A stretch of DNA of 64,000 nt, taken from NCBI GenBank assembly GCA_008690995.1, contig VRMN01000004.1, positions 434,001 to 498,000 on the forward strand, given 5' to 3'. The stretch's first letter is position 1; every line of letters starts with the position of its first letter. The notes under the pieces are model-generated. The model was given only the letters and a program-made list of their open reading frames with translations, did no database searches and was not told the DNA's origin. The position numbers and the translations under genes are program-made. Of the stretch, positions 1 to 9,640 are shown one piece after another. This stretch comes from Porphyridium purpureum (lineage: Eukaryota).

Positions 1-29
1 ACAACCAGTGCCAAGAAGCTCGTCTCAAC

Positions 30-275
30 ATGCATTCGGCCCACTTTGAGATCAAATTCCATGTGTTGGACCGCATGCCGGAGGACAGTCTTACCCTTTC
101 AAGACCAAGAGTGTACGTGCCTTCGCTGGAAACTATTGTGGAAGAAGATGAGGACATTGAGGACACTACCTCTAGCGCCGCACAGGCCGACGAGGGCTGC
201 AAGCACCACATCTCGCTCTCGTCAGAGACGGACTCACAAAGGTCCCTGTGCTCGCAAACATCAGCCGCAAGTTAA
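30..275 (+). CDS. Small acidic hypothetical protein with EIKF...PSLETIVEE motif (may start upstream of the window)
   Basis: The frame stays open back to the window edge. It shares a motif of about 33 residues with the ORF at 62954..63340(-), which supports coding status. Confidence 0.6.
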   Translation: MHSAHFEIKFHVLDRMPEDSLTLSRPRVYVPSLETIVEEDEDIEDTTSSAAQADEGCKHHISLSSETDSQRSLCSQTSAAS

Positions 276-871
276 TGAATCATTCATCGAGTCGCGTGAG
301 GCTCCCGTTTGATACACTGATTTATCTTCTAGCGTAATAATGCGTTTTGTCAATACATAAAAGGAGGAAGAAACTAGGTGAGTCGCGTTCCGGTGCGAGG
401 AGCCAGCGCTGCATCGGTACAGCCTATCAATTTCCAATTCCACCTCCCGACGGCCTTCAAAAAACTTGGTGAGCACTTCATCCGCCTGCTTTGGTGCATG
501 TATGTCGCCATCGTAATTCAGTTGCAAGTGCGCACTTGGAGCCGGAGCGTCGGTCCTCCTTGGGACACAGAAAAAGCAGCTGACGTGATCTAACGCCACC
601 TCAACATTGACCAACTGCTCGTGTGCACCCGAAATCAGAGAAACGTATTACGGCGAGACCTAAAATCAATTCTCCAGCATGGGAGTGTAGTAGAAGCCAA
701 GCTTGGACCGCGGACGGGTTTTGCCGTATCCAAACGCATTGCCTTGACGTCCACCATCGAAAACTGAGGAGAGCCTTTCAAGCACACTGTTCTCCTTCGC
801 CGGGCACGCTTTGAGCGCTGGAACGGGAAAAATTGATGCAGTGCACGTGAATGTAGACCGGGTGCATCGAA

Positions 872-1531
872 TTACACGTTTTCCTGGGTTTCGATATCCC
901 AGTTCTCTTTTCCCTCCTGTCTTTGCCCAACTCCTTCATGATTCCAAACATACGACCACGTAAACGCCATCGGATCACACAGGGTGGCCACAGACCTGCG
1001 CATCGTTTCGGTGTAGTCGCACGTCACTTGGATACGTCTCGCTGCGTCGAGACTTAGCAAGCCACGGGTTGCATCGATCGATGGCGCACACCCTTCACGC
1101 AGTGCGCCAAATAGTTCCACGATGTTTGCTTTGTTTAACATGCGGAGCTCCTTGCTCAGTGATACTTGGTGCATCTTCAAAGTTGTCGTGAAGTGCACAT
1201 GGTACGTCGACTTGCCACAATTCCCCCGCCCCGACAATTGGAAGAACCCGGACACAATCGTTTTCCATCCTGTACAGTGGACACTGAGAAACAACACAAG
1301 CTCCGCATGAACAACATCAACACGGTTGCCAGCGTCCGCATCCCAGCCCAACATCTCGCGTACATCCTTGGCAAACTGTTGTCCACAAACTCTTATTCCG
1401 ATGATCAAATCCCACGCCTTCACCGCCATCGAACGAAGTGCGGATGGCGACCGCAGCAAACCCATCACATCATCGCGCGTGTGTGCGTGCGCATCCTTCT
1501 GCACACGAGTTTCGGGGATCCAGCTCAACAC
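872..1531 (-). pseudogene. Probable decayed gene fragment carrying a Walker A motif
   Basis: FFQLSGRGNCGKST fits GxxxxGKS/T after a hydrophobic strand. The same frame upstream (to 1972) is broken by TGA 1538, TGA 1652, TAG 1676 and TAA 1769. No clear Walker B. Confidence 0.3.
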
Positions 1532-2299
1532 ATCCGGTCAGTACGATGCGTGCCTTGCTGATGCAGCTCCTGCAGCAGCGTCCAATTCCCAGCCGGTCAC
1601 GAGCTGCGCACATCGGGTTTTACACATGCCCGCTGTACTCAGAAGTACAGCTCAAGTCATTGAACCGCTTAAAGACTAAGCGTCGTTGCCCACCGCATGT
1701 CTTCTCATCAAACACATGAGTTTGCATAGATAAAAGTACTGTGAATGCCGACAGACCGGCATATAAATTTACCTCCTGGACCTGTCGTTAGCTTGCCACT
1801 TTATCTCAAACTGATCATAGTTTCGCGCGTCTCCGCGACCAGGTATAGACAGTAAACGCGGCAGGCATGAGTCATTGTCTTGGGCGCGATACAATTCGTA
1901 CTCCATACACAGATACAAAGCTTTGTTAGACATGAAAACTCGAGCGTCCCGAAAAGGGCGACGATCAACCACACAGCGCGCAGCAGCGGCCTCTTATGCC
2001 GGATCCAGCATGGTCCTCGACACCTCTGTCGGCTACGCGTTGGCACCGAAAGCGTACAGGAAGGTATGTTTGCCTTGGTGCACGGAAGTTTGAGGCCGTG
2101 AGGAACACGTTCTCGCACCGTGGAGTAAATGTGCTTTACGTGGAGAGAACACGACCGAGCGCAGCGTTTGGCCTCACGAGCGCCTTGCCGTCGAAGTGGC
2201 TCTTCACGCGCATTTCAATGCCATCTAGGATTGGTTCGATTGAGCCCATCCAGACGAACCCCACACCCACCACCCACCACCATGTCTGCTGCAGTTGAC

Positions 2300-2389
2300 C
2301 CGTTCCGTATTTAAACCGTTCCGCATTTAAACCATCAAGCCGTTAGACCGGTTATCCGTTTGGACCCAGTCGCGCCGGGACGCGCCGTT
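2300..2389. promoter_or_regulatory. Cluster of five CCGTT (AACGG) motifs including a 16-bp tandem duplication
   Basis: CCGTT at 2300, 2316, 2340, 2356 and 2385; ccgttccg[t/c]atttaaa x2 at 2300-2331; lies upstream of the PH-domain gene. Confidence 0.45.
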
Positions 2390-2800
2390 CCCAATTTGGG
2401 ATTTCCGGAGCACGTTCTGACATGAGTTGGGCGTGGAAGCGCGCGACGTAGCTTGTAGCGCGGCCCGCATTGACAGCTCGTGTGCACATGTGTTGGTGAG
2501 ACACGTGCGCGCGTGGCTGCTGCTTAAGCGATTCTTCAGAGCCGTGGAATCTCGGTTGCCGCGTGCATAAAAGGGGTGGCGCGCGGCACTCGCCTAGGAG
2601 ATGGAGAGCTGTGCGGCGGCGCGAAACACAGCAAGACATCCGTCGTCGTTGTTTGTGGGCCCAGGCTAGACTCGAGGCACGTGGTAGCAGCACACATACG
2701 AATGCTCATATCCAAAGTATCGCTGAACGGTGTTTTGTACAGACGAACAGAGCGTGTGTTTGCTTACTTGTAGCTGACGTGGTTGAAAGCCGAGGTCAAG

Positions 2801-3298
2801 ATGGTGAAGTTTGAGGGCGAAGTTCAGAAGCTCAGTGAGACTGTGGCGCATTGCTTTGTGCCCCGGGTGCTGCAGCTGGGTCTGGGAGGTTCCTTGCAGC
2901 TGTTTTACGACAGCGCTGCGTCGAGCCCAGAATGGACGTACTACTTGGATGAATCCTACACAGTCTCGTCTGACCCGAGCTTGGACATCGTTCGTGTGCA
3001 CAGCGAGCGCACTGGCATGCGCCTCAGTTTCGTCGCACCGGCTGCACAGTTTGCCACGTGGGTAGACGCCCTCGAGGAGGCCTGTATGCCGTCCTCACGA
3101 GGTAGCTCAGTGCACGGTGTGTCGGACAAACAGCGTCCAGCGCTTCTGACTCCGCGTTCAACTTCGTCGGCGACGGCTGCTGCTGCTGTCAAAGCACCAG
3201 CACCTTCCGTGGCGGGTGCGCCTGCCAAGGCAGTAGTGACGTGCGCCAAATTGGAAGCGGCTCGTGCAACTACCGGGCCATCTGCCAAGGTGCATTAG
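2801..3298 (+). CDS. PH-domain protein
   Basis: VKFEGEVQKL...FVPRVLQL beta1/beta2 pattern and C-terminal helix QFATWVDALEEA with the invariant PH Trp; Ser/Ala-rich tail. Confidence 0.75.
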   Translation: MVKFEGEVQKLSETVAHCFVPRVLQLGLGGSLQLFYDSAASSPEWTYYLDESYTVSSDPSLDIVRVHSERTGMRLSFVAPAAQFATWVDALEEACMPSSRGSSVHGVSDKQRPALLTPRSTSSATAAAAVKAPAPSVAGAPAKAVVTCAKLEAARATTGPSAKVH

Positions 3299-3443
3299 TC
3301 CGACACTTGCTTTTCTTGTTTGTTTGAGTGGTGGATTGAGGAATGAGTAGACTGCATGAATTGAATCGTAGCGATAGGAGTAGGTGTTAGACTTTTTGTC
3401 TCCTTTGATCTTTGATATAGTGAATGAACCAAATAGATGTTGA

Positions 3444-5027
3444 TTATCTTCGCTGGTGTTCTTTGCCCTCTTCTGACAAATGCTTCAGACTGCTGCCGAG
3501 TCCACAATTGTCCCAGGAATCTGCCGCACTGCATGTTCGTACTATCGAGAGCACACACGATAATCTCGTTCGTTTGGGTGAAGATGCACAGAAAACAAAG
3601 CTGATGACCTCTGCCGAGCAGGGCTTGAATGATGGCGACGAATCTTCTTCAGAACTCCCTTTCATAACTACTTTTATTGTACGAAAGCTGTCCAGTGGTT
3701 GTGAGCTTTGCGCTCAGACGACAGCTCCCGCGAGCGCCACGAGCGTACATCAGTTTTGAGCATCCAGGTAGAAGTACGACCTGAAATCACCAGAAGGCTC
3801 GGCCACTTTGATGCTGCCCGACAAACTTGCAATTTTGAGCTTGAAGTACATCTGTTTCGGTAAGCCAAAGGAAAGCCAGTCACCGGAAATACCGTGCTCG
3901 TTCAGAGTGTCCGAGTACGTGCGGCGGAAGCTGAAGACGGTATTCGTATCCAAGAGAGCCTCAACCTGGAATGCAGCAGTGGCATCAACTGCTTGAACGA
4001 ATACGCAGGCATAACTGATCTTATTCAGGCCGGTCTCCTTGAGCGTGAATTCGAGAACGCCACTCGTCAACCAACCTCCAGAATAGTCCATGCTCACATC
4101 AAAGACCGTGGTGCTCAGAGGCCGAGAAAACTGGGAAGGCGTCGAACCATCGGAATATCCGAAGACATTGTCCAGGTCCTCGATCAGGGATCACGCGCTG
4201 TCCGACAATTCGACACCACCGAGCTGCGAGCTTCGAATGGAGCTCGGATCTTCTACGAACGGGCGAAGTCCGTTACCGGCTTGCATGATACGCGGACGTC
4301 CTTTGATTACTTGCAGTACAACTTTGTCGGAGTTCTTCGCCTTCTTCTGCTCAACCAGGAACTCGCGTGCAAATAAGCAGTGGCTGTCGTGCAGCATTTG
4401 ACGATCCGCTGCAATGAAGTCGGCTTCTGAAATAATTTTCTCGTGCAACATCTTGTTTTTCTTCGAGTCCCAAAGTTGTATGGGCAACTCGGTCGGAAGC
4501 GGCACACCAGCTTCGTTCTCGTCCGATGCCATAGTAAGAAACAGGCCAGTGAAGCCGGCCTTATTTCCGTTGAACGCGAGATCAGATAGAACGATTGTGA
4601 TCCTGTCTTTCTCAGCGCAGCCCTGCTGGTCGATTGCGGACAACGATTTCTTACACATGGTACCGAAGCAGTTGCCCTGCACGCCAAGGCCAGCGCCGAG
4701 GTAGAGAGCGCCCGCCTCTGTCGACATGTTGAGCAAAACGTCACCGTTTGGTGCCTTTGGCACCACCCAGGTGCCAGGGTTTTCTCAGAATGCATATGAT
4801 CCATCTTCAAAACCGGCCACTCCCGTCCACCTAATCATCGAACCAACACCACCAAAAGGGGACGAAAACTGCACCATTCCAGTTGCCGGCGCGGCGCATA
4901 CGACCCAGGCATTGGCCGTGGCAGGCCGCTGCACAGCCGCCTGAAGCGGCATGGGCGTGACCGCCACGAGGCTGCATACCACCAGAGTCACCATCAGGAT
5001 CACCAGAGATTTCAAACCCGCCATCAT
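3444..5027 (-). pseudogene. Secreted beta-rich protein frame interrupted by in-frame TGA codons (pseudogene or recoded gene)
   Basis: ORFs 4785..5027, 4191..4766, 3750..4097 and 3444..3665 are all in one frame, separated only by TGA at 4785, 4191, 3750 and 3714; terminal TAA at 3444. N-terminal signal peptide MMAGLKSLVILMVTLVVCSLVAV. Confidence 0.6.
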
Positions 5028-6227
5028 GTTCCAACGTCGAGAAACCGTGGCTTCTGATCACGCTCTATTCAGTAGTCTGGGCCTGTTCGGACGACACCGT
5101 GATTTGGGCTCACACGCCATGTTTATGTACCATGCAGCCCTGGCCGACTGTCTCCCGCACCAGTATACCATTCCGAATTTGTCGCGCAAGAAACACGGAA
5201 CGAGCAGCAAGAGGGAATCGCGACGATGATTCATCCACCAGTGGTGTCAAGTATACTTTCCCGACTCTCGGTCGAACCAAGCTGCCCTAGTATACACACA
5301 CCGGCGCAGCGGACGTGCAATGCAAATACCAAGCCGTCGCCTCGTCATCCCGCTGCTTTGCCGGCAACACGCTCCAAATCCTCGGGCGAACAAATTCGAC
5401 TGGAGTCCTCGAATTCATCTCGTGCGGAACCGTCATCCATCGCCTGCCACGGAATATTTCCATTCCTACTTGACAAACGTACGGACGTGGCCAGCCTCCA
5501 TTGCGCTTGCGCGCGTTCCCCGTAGCAGCAGCTCAAGTTGGAGGTCCTCCCGCTACTGTTGCTCAGACCAAAGACGATTCTTCGCTCCTCATTCCAGAAT
5601 TCGAATTTAGGCACGGATCCTTCTTGAATGAGATGGGATCGCGTTGTAGGGGTGTTCAGTGGATGGTCGAAGAACTGTACTTCTTCATGACGGGTTGATG
5701 CACCCTATGGATAACGGTTACGAGTCGATAGTGATCCGTGAGCCGATAAACTGGTTTGATGTCTTGAGTGTCGCAGGGCGCATGAGGATGCACTGGCGGT
5801 GGATGCCGGATTCGCGGGCTGTCGGTGGCGATCGCCGGTGGCTTGTGGTCTTATCTGTGGCACCAGTCGCCCGTCGTTAGTTTAGAGCAGGATACAATGT
5901 AGCCCCTTTTTTCTCGTCGTCGGGCAAGTGAAGCAGAGTAAAGCTCATATCTTTTTAGTATTGTCCGCGGCCGGAAGAAGAAGACGGTCCCGCGCAGAGC
6001 AGCAGGAAGATGCGTTTTAGTTGGGAAGGCAATATGTGTGAGTCTCGAAAAAGTGGGTGTTTCGTTCTGCGACAACGGCCTTCTTCCTGGGCATTCAGCG
6101 GCAGGTCGAGTCACGTTTGCGGATTCGTCTCACTGCTAGGCTTGTACAGTTTACTGTACTTTGTCGCAAGTGTTTCTCCGGTCGCGAGAAGATGAGGACG
6201 GGCCGAAGGGAACGACGGGACGGGTGG

Positions 6228-6476
6228 ATGAGTGGCACCATGGCAGATACATATGTGCCATACAGTGCGCCTGTACCGCCGACACTGTTTCCGGCACTTG
6301 CGTTTGTGCTGATGATCGTGGGTGTGGCATGCTCAGCGTGGTTCTTTTCGATGCAGACCATCTCGACCAAGCTGTCTAGAAATGCCGGAAGAGATCTTGC
6401 CATTTCCGCAGCCGCGTCATTGTGCCTCGGTCTGGGCCTCGTATTCACGCTCTTGAGTAACGGCATTTGGATCTAG
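6228..6476 (+). CDS. TMEM258: Oligosaccharyltransferase subunit TMEM258/OST5
   Basis: YSAPVPPTLFPALAFVL...AWFF...ISTKLSRN...LAISAAASLCLGLG...GIWI matches the two-TM TMEM258 pattern. Start could be the ATG at 6240. Confidence 0.9.
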   Translation: MSGTMADTYVPYSAPVPPTLFPALAFVLMIVGVACSAWFFSMQTISTKLSRNAGRDLAISAAASLCLGLGLVFTLLSNGIWI

Positions 6477-6664
6477 CTCGCTAGCGGATTCCCCTGTCAA
6501 GTCAATGATTGTAGCCTTTGTTTTCCTTCGTGTAAATGAGCCTTGCCCTTGAACTTCTACCATCTTTACTTTTCGAGACGTGTGGGAAGCTGGTCGTCTC
6601 GCTGCTGGTCCCTGCACACGAGCTTACCGGGGTGGCATCTCATTTCACAAGCGCGGATTGCGAG

Positions 6665-7615
6665 ATGGGATTTCTCGTGACTATCTGCGGGCCGCCGCTA
6701 AGCGGGAAAAGCACAGTGGCAGCGCGTCTTGCCGCAGAGCTTCAAGATGGTGACGTTGCGAGCGGCGCAGATGTGATGATCGTACGTGACGCGTTTGAGC
6801 TCGAATCGTGGCACCGGCAGCGTGTCTTTGCGAATTCGCACGCAGAGAAGAACGCGCGTGCTGTTGTGAAGGCTGGCGTGGAGAAGAGCATCGACCAGCA
6901 GAGCACGCGCGTGGTGATCTGTGACTCGCTCAACTACATCAAAGGTTTCCGATACGAGCTGTATTGCCTCGCGCGATCACAGCGTGTGCCTCACTGCGTC
7001 GTATTCTGCGTGGAAAATGACGTCGCCGCCGCGCTCCAGCGCAACGCAGCACGGCCCGATCCTCACAAACAATACGACCCGGACGCGTTGCGTGCGCTTT
7101 ACAGTCGCTTCGAAAAGCCCGTTGCCGGTAACCGCTGGGATGCACCGCTCTTTGAGGTCAGCCTAGCGGATGAAAACTGGCCAGCAGTGCTTAAAGACGT
7201 GATCAATTTCTGTCGCGCCGAGCCTGGCACAAAGACAAGCACGCTGCCCACAAACAGAGCGACTCAAAAGCAGAAACTTTCGACCGCCAATATGTTCTCC
7301 ATGCTAGACTCGTCGAGCCGCAGTGTCGAGAACGCGCTGCTTGACCATATGGCACAGAATGGCTCCGGCGGCGGCCTGGTGCTCTCGCCAGGCGCGACCG
7401 GTTTATCCATTCCCTTGGAGCCGGGCGGCACCACCGTGCGAGTGCGTATTGGGCGCGAGACGAATGCGGCGGAACTCCGTCAGATTCGGCGTGCTTACAT
7501 CAAGCTGGCCCGCCTCAACCCGCCGGATGACGCGCTGAGCTCGAACGAGCTTGCTCAGATGTATTGCGACCATCTGGCACGCATTCTTGCCGCAAGTGCG
7601 AACGACGCGCAATGA
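6665..7615 (+). CDS. KTI12: KTI12/DRL1 Elongator-associated P-loop protein
   Basis: N-terminal ICGPPLSGKST P-loop, DSLNYIKGFRYELYCLAR signature and RFEKP...NRWDAPLF. Confidence 0.93.
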   Translation: MGFLVTICGPPLSGKSTVAARLAAELQDGDVASGADVMIVRDAFELESWHRQRVFANSHAEKNARAVVKAGVEKSIDQQSTRVVICDSLNYIKGFRYELYCLARSQRVPHCVVFCVENDVAAALQRNAARPDPHKQYDPDALRALYSRFEKPVAGNRWDAPLFEVSLADENWPAVLKDVINFCRAEPGTKTSTLPTNRATQKQKLSTANMFSMLDSSSRSVENALLDHMAQNGSGGGLVLSPGATGLSIPLEPGGTTVRVRIGRETNAAELRQIRRAYIKLARLNPPDDALSSNELAQMYCDHLARILAASANDAQ

Positions 7616-7675
7616 AAAGCTCGAGGTGCGTCGCACGTTTTATTTTTCCCAATCTTTGCCATTTTGGTGCAGCGG

Positions 7676-9640
7676 CTACTGCTGGTGCTGCTGCCAAGAG
7701 CCATCTATCGCAGTCGGGTTGTAATACGGAGCTGCGTCGGTGCCGGCCTGAGTCACGTAGTTTTCGCTAGTGTCGTCTTCTCGACGCGCAGAAGAACCAC
7801 CACGAGAGTCTGACGCGGCGAGCGCAAGATGTGGGGGTTCTACTGGACTGAACGGCAGGGCGCCACTGCCCGTAGGCGTAGGTACAAGGAAAGGATATCC
7901 GGGGTACACGAGCGGCGGCTGATGAGCCAGCTCTGGCGTTGGTGACGACGGATAGATTATTGGATACATTCCCATCCCCATCATTGGCGACGCACCGTAC
8001 GTCGCGTACATTTGTGCATACACCTGCGGCGCGTACATCTGCTGTTGGTGCCCATACGCTTCGACCGGGTACGGTGCCACTTGTCCGTTGCTCATGCTGC
8101 CCACGCCCAAGTTGTCGTAGGGGTGCGCGTACTGATGCATCTGCTGTTGCTGCCAGTTCCGCCGAGGACCAGAGAAAGTGGAGCTCGATCTACGCTGCAT
8201 ATTTCCGCCCACGGGCGTTGACGTCACGCTACTGCTGGGAACATCGTTGATGGTTATTGTTGAGCCATGATCAGAGGCATTGTCGGCGTTCCCCGGGCCA
8301 GCTGCAAAACTACCCTGCCGAAAATGCTTCTCCCGCGCAGTTTCAGCGAATCGGACGTTCAGGCGACGGTCTGTTTCGAAGATGCACGCGCCATTCATGT
8401 TCGCGATCGCGGCATCGGCTTCTCGTCGTGTTCGATACTGCACAAACCCGCAGCCTCGACTGTTCTGTGCGGGGAAGCGCAGCACGTGGCAATTCACAAT
8501 CTCACCGAACGGCGCAAACGCCTCGATAAGCTGCGCTTCTTCCACGTTGCGCGGCAGCTGTCCCACAAATACTTTTGTCGCAGCCTTTTTCTGATACGAA
8601 TGTTTAGGTTCAGCGTACTTGACCTGAATGGGCTGCGGCGATGGAGTGCTCATGTTGCTTTCGCACTCAACTTCTGTAGAATGAGAAGAATCTGGCGCGC
8701 CACCTGCAGGATCAGAATCTGCTGTGGAGGTCGGCTCCTGCTGCGCCATCGGCGGCGGAAAGCAGTACTTGTCGTGCAGTACCTCAACAGCCGCGCTGGC
8801 GGCTTCTGCGCTCTCGAAACGGACAAAGCCGCATATTCGTGGCGCATAGCGCGATGGAACCGCGGTTGCTTCACCGTTTCCGGGCACTGATGCACCGGTG
8901 GTGCTGGCGGTGGTGCTGGCGTTGCCTGCGGCCCGATCGTGGGCGTGGCCGTACGGTTGCTTCCGCAGTAGCACCACCTCTAGTACATTTCCAAATTGTT
9001 CCATGAGCTCGCGTACCTGTTGCTCTGTGACGTGCGTGGGTACACGCCCGATAAACAACTTTTCCCTGTGCATGGTCTGGGCGTGAGACGCGCTGGTGCT
9101 CGCATACTCGCTCCGATTGTTTGTGCCCATCACGAACGGTGCCCCGTACTCAAAGCCGCCACCGGCGGCGTACGGGTGCGACTGGAAGCCAGTGCCCAGC
9201 GCGTTTGCATTCATGTTCATACCCTCGACCATCGTGTACGGGTACATTGGACGCTGGCTATATGAGTAGCTTTGCCCGGTGATCATGGGCGAAGACGTTC
9301 CGCTTGTAAGCCGCGAAAGAGGCACGTTTGCGCCCGAGCTTGGAGTTTCTTCCGACGCCTCACTATAGTACATCAACGCCTCTTGTGATTGCGAGTGCGA
9401 CGGCCGCCGGAGCTGGTCATGAGTGTCGCTGTCTCTATCATGCCCGGACTCGAGCCGCAGAGCGGCGACCGCGTCCTCCAGCCCGCCGTGCCGATCGATC
9501 GATGCGGCCGTCTGGTGGTTGGGTGGCGACGCTGACTGAGGCTGATTGCACGCGTCGTCCTGTGCGCTTTTCGCAGCCATGCTGGGTTGCTTGAGCCTTT
9601 TGCGCGCCGTGCCGGCAGCCTTCGCCACAATCCGAAACAA
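7676..9640 (-). CDS. CELF/Bruno/FCA-like RNA-binding protein with two RRMs
   Basis: KLFIGRVP...CGFVRF...PIQVKYAE and KVFVGQLP...SRGCGFVQY...LNVRFAE; Gln/Tyr/Pro-rich tail. True start may be the second Met (MAAKSAQ). Confidence 0.85.
   Translation of the reverse strand: MFRIVAKAAGTARKRLKQPSMAAKSAQDDACNQPQSASPPNHQTAASIDRHGGLEDAVAALRLESGHDRDSDTHDQLRRPSHSQSQEALMYYSEASEETPSSGANVPLSRLTSGTSSPMITGQSYSYSQRPMYPYTMVEGMNMNANALGTGFQSHPYAAGGGFEYGAPFVMGTNNRSEYASTSASHAQTMHREKLFIGRVPTHVTEQQVRELMEQFGNVLEVVLLRKQPYGHAHDRAAGNASTTASTTGASVPGNGEATAVPSRYAPRICGFVRFESAEAASAAVEVLHDKYCFPPPMAQQEPTSTADSDPAGGAPDSSHSTEVECESNMSTPSPQPIQVKYAEPKHSYQKKAATKVFVGQLPRNVEEAQLIEAFAPFGEIVNCHVLRFPAQNSRGCGFVQYRTRREADAAIANMNGACIFETDRRLNVRFAETAREKHFRQGSFAAGPGNADNASDHGSTITINDVPSSSVTSTPVGGNMQRRSSSTFSGPRRNWQQQQMHQYAHPYDNLGVGSMSNGQVAPYPVEAYGHQQQMYAPQVYAQMYATYGASPMMGMGMYPIIYPSSPTPELAHQPPLVYPGYPFLVPTPTGSGALPFSPVEPPHLALAASDSRGGSSARREDDTSENYVTQAGTDAAPYYNPTAIDGSWQQHQQ

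Noticed and set aside
3610..3665. SECIS-like element (ATGA-N12-AA on the minus strand)
   Set aside because: The 3' arm gives GC rather than the required GA of the quartet and the stem pairs poorly.
5345..5700. Minus-strand frame HEEVQFFDHP...PKFEFWNEERRIVFGL
   Set aside because: May be decayed coding DNA, but it is stop-bounded, has no early ATG and I cannot assign a family.
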